Positions 26,473 to 32,000 of a stretch of 32,000 nt of DNA are shown one piece after another. The DNA is from a bacterium. GTDB taxonomy: Bacteria > Bacillota > Clostridia > Oscillospirales > Oscillospiraceae. A program made the translations under genes and the position numbers. The DNA lies in the NCBI GenBank assembly GCA_963597355.1, contig CAVBPR010000002.1:216728-248727 (forward strand). Direction: 5' to 3'. Positions within the stretch are counted from its first letter, which is position 1, and each line of letters opens with the position of its first letter. The notes beneath the pieces are model-generated. The model searched no databases. It saw only the letters and a list, made by a program, of their open reading frames with translations, and had not been told where the DNA came from.

Positions 26473-28107
26473 ATGGCTATCGAACGTACCTATGAAGCTG
26501 GCTGGCGCGTCGGCACATACGAAGCCTACAAACAGCGTCTGCTGAACATGAAGCCGAACGTGTATCTGCACGGTAAGAAAGTCGATCGTTCCAACGGTGT
26601 TGAAGGGGAAGGTCGCGATCTGGCTGACTGGATTGTTGGCGGCACCTATGTTATGGGCAAATGCTATGAAACTGCAAATGATCCTAACTATGAAGATGTT
26701 TGCGTTGCCAAGAGTCATATCACCGGTCACTACATCAACCGCTCCACGCACATTCATCACTCTGTGGATGACCTGCTGAAGAAGCAGCTGATGACTCGTT
26801 TGATCTGTCATCGTGTCGGCGGTTGCATGCAGCGTTGCATGGGTTCTGACGCTCTGAACGCCATCTTCTCTGTTTCTTATGACTGCGATCAGGCTTGCGG
26901 CACTCATTACTTTGATCGACTGACCAAGTACATTGAGTACTGTCAGGAGAACGATCTGGTGTGCAACTGTGCCCAGACCGACGTGAAGGGTTCCCGTAAC
27001 CCCAAGTATAAGCGCGCTCATATGCAGCCTGACCCCGATCAGTTCATTCATGTCGTTGAGATGAATGTGGACGGCATTGGTGTCGATGGAAAGCCCTGCA
27101 AGGGCATTATTGTCCGCGGCGCAAAGATCTGCAACTCCTGCGCTCCCTATGTTGATGAGATCATTGTCAATCCCACCAAGTTCATGAGCCAGGACGACGC
27201 AGCGTATGCTCTGTCCTTCGCTCTGCCCGCTGACTGGCCCGGCATCAAGCTGATGGCTTTGCCCGGTCAGCACCACAAGCGTAAGCACATCGATGCTCCC
27301 TGGGCTCACATCGGCGACGTTGAGTCCCTGACCATCTTTGATGATGTGTTTGTGCCTGAGGATCGTGTGTTCCTGAATGGCCTCGATGGAGACGGCATTG
27401 CTCAGTACGGCGGCTACCTGGCTCTGATGTTCGCGCACTATCACCGTCACTCCTACACCGGTTGCAAGACCGCTGTGGGTGAGGTTATTGCCTCTCAGGC
27501 AGCTCTGGTTGCTGATGTGAACGACATTGCTCGCGAGTCTCATGTCCGCTCCAAGCTGTGCGATATTATCCAGACCGCTGAGTTGGTGTTTGCTGCTGGT
27601 CAGCAGTCCGCTTACCGCGCTGTGGAGTTCCCCTCCGGTCAGTTCGTGCCCGATGAGATTTTGACCAACGCTGGCCGTCGTCTGGCTGGTCACAACATCT
27701 ACCATGAGTATGAGATTCTCGCCGATCTGTGCGGCGGCGTCTGCGCCAGTCTGCCTACCGAGGAGAACTTCTACATGGAGGAGGATAACGTCGGCGAGCT
27801 GTGCAATAAGTACATCGTCCGTAATCCTGCTTACTCTGCGGAAGATACCCATCGTGTCATGCGCATGATGGAAGACAAGCTCTGCGACGCCTTTGAGGGT
27901 GCTCAGGCTGTGGCTGGCGTCCATGGCGGCGGTTCTCCCCTGATGGAAGAGATCACGCTGATGAGCCGCTACGATCTGGAAGAGCTGAAGAAGATCGCCA
28001 AGTATCTGGCTGGTTTGCCCGGCTATGAGGAGTGCCCGCGCTATGAGCGTGCAACAAAGACTCCTCGTGCCATGCTCGACAAGTTCAAAACTTATCAGAG
28101 CAAGTAA
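26473..28107 (+). CDS. 4-hydroxybutyryl-CoA dehydratase / vinylacetyl-CoA delta-isomerase family protein (AbfD-like; HpaB-fold)
   Basis: Collinear similarity, from memory, to Clostridium aminobutyricum AbfD: INRSTHIHHSVDDL, GGCMQRCMGSDALNA (C-x3-C), QENDLV, IVRGAK and HYHRHSYTGCK (H-x6-C). Start set at MAIERTY after an AAAGGATGG RBS. Confidence 0.8.
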   Translation: MAIERTYEAGWRVGTYEAYKQRLLNMKPNVYLHGKKVDRSNGVEGEGRDLADWIVGGTYVMGKCYETANDPNYEDVCVAKSHITGHYINRSTHIHHSVDDLLKKQLMTRLICHRVGGCMQRCMGSDALNAIFSVSYDCDQACGTHYFDRLTKYIEYCQENDLVCNCAQTDVKGSRNPKYKRAHMQPDPDQFIHVVEMNVDGIGVDGKPCKGIIVRGAKICNSCAPYVDEIIVNPTKFMSQDDAAYALSFALPADWPGIKLMALPGQHHKRKHIDAPWAHIGDVESLTIFDDVFVPEDRVFLNGLDGDGIAQYGGYLALMFAHYHRHSYTGCKTAVGEVIASQAALVADVNDIARESHVRSKLCDIIQTAELVFAAGQQSAYRAVEFPSGQFVPDEILTNAGRRLAGHNIYHEYEILADLCGGVCASLPTEENFYMEEDNVGELCNKYIVRNPAYSAEDTHRVMRMMEDKLCDAFEGAQAVAGVHGGGSPLMEEITLMSRYDLEELKKIAKYLAGLPGYEECPRYERATKTPRAMLDKFKTYQSK

Positions 28108-28130
28108 TTTTGTTTCCCTAATTTCCCAAT

Positions 28131-28182
28131 AAAAGAGGATGGACGGTACAGTTTCGGCTGTGCCGTTCATCCTCTTTTGTTT
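28131..28182. terminator. Bidirectional intrinsic terminator between the abfD-like gene and the Dabb gene
   Basis: AAAAGAGGATG(G)ACGG...CCGT(T)CATCCTCTTTTG. Confidence 0.75.
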
Positions 28183-28190
28183 CTGCTTAA

Positions 28191-28493
28191 TTAGGTTTGT
28201 TCGAATTCTGCTGCGGAAACTCGAGCAATCAGAGCATCTGTCTCCTCTCGCAAGGCGAGATGTGCAGGGCAGTCCGGATAGGCTTTTGCGTCCTCCCAAC
28301 TATCGAAGGTGATTACCTGTGCCACGTCAGCAAAGTCTGGCACACCGGGTAATGCTGGGGGTAGGAACCAATTCTGCCCCACAAAGCTGGTGCGGATGCG
28401 CTTCTCTTGTTCTGGCACGCGGTGCAGTGCGGCGAGTACCTTGTCCGCATCCGCTTTATCTTTCAGATAAAACAGGGAAATATGGACGATCAT
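28191..28493 (-). CDS. Dabb-family (stress-responsive alpha/beta-barrel) protein
   Basis: 100 aa starting MIVHISLFYLKDKAD, with an AAAGGAG RBS. The size and N-terminal beta-strand motif are typical. Confidence 0.7.
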   Translation of the reverse strand: MIVHISLFYLKDKADADKVLAALHRVPEQEKRIRTSFVGQNWFLPPALPGVPDFADVAQVITFDSWEDAKAYPDCPAHLALREETDALIARVSAAEFEQT

Positions 28494-28512
28494 ATTGGTC
28501 TCCTTTCTGCGG

Positions 28513-29268
28513 TCAGTAGCCCACAACCGATGCGCCACCGTCAATGACGAGCGTCTGACCGGTGATCATGCGGGCCTTGTCACTGGCTAGGAAAACAACG
28601 CTGTTTGCGATATCCTCCGGCTTGTTGAGTTGTTTCATAGGAATCGGCTCTACTACTTCGGGAGGGAACCCCATCTCCTGCATGGCAGGAGTCTCCACTC
28701 CGCCAGGAGCGACACAGTTGACTCGAATGCCGAGCGATGCCCACTCCACTGCTGCCTGCATGGTCATGGCAACTACGGCACCCTTTGATGCCGAGTAGAA
28801 TGCGGAGCACATTGGTGGATGCATTCCACGGATGCCGGCCATAGAGGCAAAGTTCACAATGCTGCCGCCGGTTTTGGCCATAGACTGTGCTACAACCTGC
28901 TGCATCATAAAGAAGGTGCCTCGGGAATTTACATTCTGAGCGCGATCCCAGTCATCTGCTGTGATCTCCAGTCCGGGTTTTCCCCCCATCAATCCGGCAC
29001 ACTGCACCAGTATGCGAATCTCACCCATATCTTGACGCACTTGACCTATGACGTCGGCAATAGAGGATATATCATTTAAATCCAGCGCAAACCCTCGTAC
29101 CTCGCCTACATCAGAAAAAATGTTGCTCAATTTGTCCAGTGTAGGGCAGGCGCGATCCAGCACAGCCACCCGCGCTCCAGAAGAAGCCAGCTCCCGAACG
29201 CAAGTCATGCCGATGCCACCGACACCGCCGGTAACAACAGCAACCTGTCCGTTAAAATCAATTTTCAT
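28513..29268 (-). CDS. SDR-family oxidoreductase (classical short-chain dehydrogenase/reductase)
   Basis: TGGVGGIG cofactor motif, the catalytic Y-x3-K in YSASKGAV, and 251 aa. Confidence 0.88.
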   Translation of the reverse strand: MKIDFNGQVAVVTGGVGGIGMTCVRELASSGARVAVLDRACPTLDKLSNIFSDVGEVRGFALDLNDISSIADVIGQVRQDMGEIRILVQCAGLMGGKPGLEITADDWDRAQNVNSRGTFFMMQQVVAQSMAKTGGSIVNFASMAGIRGMHPPMCSAFYSASKGAVVAMTMQAAVEWASLGIRVNCVAPGGVETPAMQEMGFPPEVVEPIPMKQLNKPEDIANSVVFLASDKARMITGQTLVIDGGASVVGY

Positions 29269-29434
29269 GGCAATACCTCCATCAAAATGTTTCCTTGATT
29301 ATAGCACTGCAATCAATCGCTGTGGAAATAACTGTTCTGCAGGTACGATATAACTGAAAGGATATATTGCCCATGCTTGTTGTCACGATACAAAACTGCT
29401 ATAATCTGTATATAATAAATTGGAGGTATTTTCT

Positions 29435-30454
29435 ATGCGTTATCCTGCGTTTTTGCCTGAGAATGGCATAATTGGATTTGTTGCCCCTTCCTTCGGCGCA
29501 TATATTGAACCGTATCATACCGCTTTTCTAACCGCACTTGAAAATCTGAAGGCAGAAGGTTATGCGACGGACCTAGGACCAAACTGTTTCGAAGGGTGCG
29601 GCATTGGCATCAGCAACACACCGGAAAAGTGCGGAGCAGAATTAACAGAATATTATTGCTCCGATAAAAATAATGTGTTGATTTCTTGCGGCGGCGGGGA
29701 ACTGATGTGTGAAATTCTGGATCATGTAGACTTTGACCGGATTCAAGCGGCTCAGCCAAAGTGGTTTATGGGTTATTCCGATAACACAAATTTCACTTTT
29801 TTGCTCACCACCTTGTGTGATGTAGCATCCATCTATGGGCCTTGTGCAAGCACCTTTGCTCAGAATCCTCGGCATCCGTCTGTGCAGGATGCGCTGGATC
29901 TTTTGTCTGGTAAGAAATTGACGGTGAACAGCTATGGCTGCTGGGAAAAAGAAAAAAACGAATTGGCAGCACCGACTGACTCTTATTGTGCAACGGAGCC
30001 ATTAGTACTGCACAGTTGGCCGGAGAAAGCGATGCAGTTTTCGGGCAGACTGATTGGTGGATGCGTTGACTGCCTGACAACGTTTTTGGGAACAGACTAT
30101 GATCGGGTGAAAGAATTTTCAGAACGATATGCGGAAGACGGATTTATTTGGTTTCTTGAATGCTGCGATCTGAATGTAATGGGTATCCGGCGTGCAATCT
30201 GGCAGATGCAGCATGCTGGATGGTTTGAGCATGTAAAGGGGTTTTTGATTGGACGCCCGTTGTGCTATGGGGAAGAATTAATGGGACTGGATCATTATCA
30301 CGCTGTTCTGGATCTGCTCCAAGAATATCAGGTTCCCATTGTAATGGATGTAGATATAGGCCATTTGCCGCCACAGATGCCCCTCATTTGCGGAAGCTAT
30401 GCAAACGTAAAAGTGAGCGACAATAAATTAGAGATAAAGATGGAGTTAAAATAA
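29435..30454 (+). CDS. LD-carboxypeptidase / S66 peptidase family protein (MccF/LdcA-like)
   Basis: Nucleophile motif GYSDNT and C-terminal DIGHLPP (His). Start at ATG 29435 with a GGAGG RBS 8 nt upstream. Confidence 0.8.
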   Translation: MRYPAFLPENGIIGFVAPSFGAYIEPYHTAFLTALENLKAEGYATDLGPNCFEGCGIGISNTPEKCGAELTEYYCSDKNNVLISCGGGELMCEILDHVDFDRIQAAQPKWFMGYSDNTNFTFLLTTLCDVASIYGPCASTFAQNPRHPSVQDALDLLSGKKLTVNSYGCWEKEKNELAAPTDSYCATEPLVLHSWPEKAMQFSGRLIGGCVDCLTTFLGTDYDRVKEFSERYAEDGFIWFLECCDLNVMGIRRAIWQMQHAGWFEHVKGFLIGRPLCYGEELMGLDHYHAVLDLLQEYQVPIVMDVDIGHLPPQMPLICGSYANVKVSDNKLEIKMELK

Positions 30455-30900
30455 TGCATATATGGGTGGATGCTGACGCCTGTCCTGTAATAGAGCTTAT
30501 AGAACAATCAGCGAAACAAAAGAGGATTCCGGTAACGCTTTTGTGTGATACCAATCATGTATTGCATTCTGATTACAGCGAGATTGTCGTTGTTGGAGCA
30601 GGAGCAGATGCAGTTGATTTTGAGTTAATTAACCGGTGTCAAACGGGAGATTTGGTTGTCACACAAGATTATGGGGTGGCAGCTATGGCGTTAGGGAAGA
30701 GTGCGCAAGCAATTCATCCGAGTGGACGAGTGTATACGGATGACAACATCGGAGGATTATTGATGGATCGTCATCTGGCGCAGAAAGCAAGACGTACCAG
30801 TGGAAAATATCATGGTAAAGGCCCCAAAAAACGAACGGACGCGGATGATGCCGAATTCCACAGGTCATTGGAGCATTTATTAAACGAGATGATGTCATGA
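30454..30900 (+). CDS. YaiI/YqxD-family protein (UPF0178, DUF188)
   Basis: MHIWVDADACPV N-terminus and a length of 148 aa are characteristic. TAATG overlap with the upstream gene. Confidence 0.8.
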   Translation: MHIWVDADACPVIELIEQSAKQKRIPVTLLCDTNHVLHSDYSEIVVVGAGADAVDFELINRCQTGDLVVTQDYGVAAMALGKSAQAIHPSGRVYTDDNIGGLLMDRHLAQKARRTSGKYHGKGPKKRTDADDAEFHRSLEHLLNEMMS

Positions 30901-30931
30901 AAAAAGAGAGGACGATTGTCCTCTCTTTTTT
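30899..30931. terminator. Bidirectional intrinsic terminator
   Basis: AAAAAGAGAGGAC-GATT-GTCCTCTCTTTTTT. Confidence 0.8.
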
Positions 30932-31430
30932 ATCCCATTATGTAGAAACAATTCATCGTGTTGTGCCGGACAAATGCAGGCTTTTCGATCTTGCAGAAGC
31001 CCAGTTTCTCATAGATGTGTACTGCGGTTGCAAGGTTGGAATGGGTTTCCAAATATAATTTTTGGTATCCGGCGTTATGTGCTTCTGCTACAATAAACTG
31101 CATAAGTTTTTTCCCAAGCCCATACCCTTTGACCGCGTCTGTGAGATATAATTTCTGCAATTCCGCACAATTTTCGTATCCATCAAATTCTGCGTATCCG
31201 ATGCCACCAACGACATTGCCCTCCCCATCTGTGAGGATAAAATAAGCTCTTTTGTCTGGTTTTTCGTTGTAAAAACTGCTTAGATGATTTAATTCCGGAT
31301 CAAAATAGACTGTACCAGGTAGATCAAGGTGAAAACGTTCCAGATTGGAACGAATAATAGCAGCGATTTCTGCATCGTATCCAGGTGTGATTGGGTGTAC
31401 CAGAAAAGGAGAAAAATCAATAGAATCCAT
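30930..31430 (-). CDS. GNAT-family N-acetyltransferase
   Basis: 166 aa. Acetyl-CoA binding motif LYLTDAVKGYGLGKKLM. Confidence 0.82.
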   Translation of the reverse strand: MDSIDFSPFLVHPITPGYDAEIAAIIRSNLERFHLDLPGTVYFDPELNHLSSFYNEKPDKRAYFILTDGEGNVVGGIGYAEFDGYENCAELQKLYLTDAVKGYGLGKKLMQFIVAEAHNAGYQKLYLETHSNLATAVHIYEKLGFCKIEKPAFVRHNTMNCFYIMG

Positions 31431-31459
31431 TTATTTGTTCCTTAATTTGCTACTCAATT

Positions 31460-32000
31460 TTACTTGTTTGCAGATCCTTCTTTTGCTAACTGCTCACCAA
31501 CCCGGAAAATATCACCTGCGCCAACCGTCAGAATTAAATCGCCTGGACGCGCCAATTCCTTTAGCTTTGCGGCAACATCATCCAGCGAGGGGCAATAGAC
31601 TGCACTTGTAATGCGATCGACAATATCCTTTGAGGAAATGCCAAGGGTGTTCTTTTCCCGCGCGGCATAAATATCGGTCAGGATCGTCACATCGGGCCGG
31701 CCTAATTCTCGCACAAAATCGCTAAATAGCGCTTTTGTGCGGCTATATGTATGGGGCTGAAATGCGCAGATGATGCGGCGGTAACCAAGGGCCTTGACGG
31801 TATCCATCAGAACGTGCAATTCACCGGGATGATGTGCATAGTCGTCATAGATTTTTGCACCGTTATACTCACCCTTGTACTCAAACCGACGGGCAGCACC
31901 GTGATAAGCATTAAGGCCTCTGGCAATTGCATCGGGAGAAATGTGAATGGTCAGACAGGCAGCGGCAGCAGCCAACGCATTTTTGACATTGTGCTTGCCG
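31460..32000 (-). CDS. murC: UDP-N-acetylmuramate--L-alanine ligase (C-terminal part; N-terminus beyond the window end)
   Basis: The frame is open to the window edge. RRFEYKGEYNGAKIYDDYAHHPGE, FQPHTYSRT and TDIYAAREKN are Mur-ligase C-terminal domain motifs characteristic of MurC. Confidence 0.88.
   Translation of the reverse strand, partial: GKHNVKNALAAAAACLTIHISPDAIARGLNAYHGAARRFEYKGEYNGAKIYDDYAHHPGELHVLMDTVKALGYRRIICAFQPHTYSRTKALFSDFVRELGRPDVTILTDIYAAREKNTLGISSKDIVDRITSAVYCPSLDDVAAKLKELARPGDLILTVGAGDIFRVGEQLAKEGSANK

Noticed and set aside
26395-28299. 634-aa minus-strand ORF, the longest after the rsmA-pckA read-through
   Set aside because: It lies exactly antisense to the well-supported abfD-like gene. 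It has no RBS, and its translation is low-complexity (Leu/Ala/Ser/Gly/Val-rich) with no recognisable motifs. It is a shadow ORF produced by the strong codon bias of the sense gene.

Overview
This window looks like a chromosomal segment from a Gram-positive anaerobe. The Clostridia / Oscillospiraceae-like gut Firmicute assignment is inferred only from gene content, strong GGAGG ribosome-binding sites (RBS) and TTG/GTG starts. About 85% is ordinary housekeeping DNA. That includes two SnoaL-like paralogues with a divergent LysR regulator, a phosphohexomutase, rlmH, an MBL hydrolase, murA, hprK, pfkA, an HxlR regulator and a MATE efflux pump. It continues with rsmA, pckA, a 6TM K+ channel, a MacB-type ABC efflux operon with two membrane-fusion adaptors and a 4-hydroxybutyryl-CoA dehydratase-family enzyme. 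The last genes are a Dabb protein, an SDR, an LD-carboxypeptidase, a YaiI-family protein, a GNAT and the 3' part of murC. I saw no rRNA, tRNA or CRISPR array. The one clearly accessory stretch is about 12.0-16.6 kb. It is an AT-rich insert between the MATE promoter and rsmA, carrying a small serine recombinase, a 20-codon hydrophobic mini-ORF followed by a terminator, and a membrane protein/ABC-2 transporter/PH-like protein operon. It ends in about 1 kb of ORF-free, hairpin-dense DNA that opens with a perfect extended -10 promoter and closes with intrinsic terminators, so it is a candidate large structured RNA or a decayed element. Other points worth a second look are a terminator-containing leader upstream of the MATE gene (riboswitch or attenuator candidate) and an rsmA 3' end with no in-frame stop that reads through into pckA. 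There is also a short inverted repeat bracketing a promoter next to the recombinase. I found no convincing multi-gene system of clearly novel type, and all functional calls come from motif recognition by eye rather than database searches.
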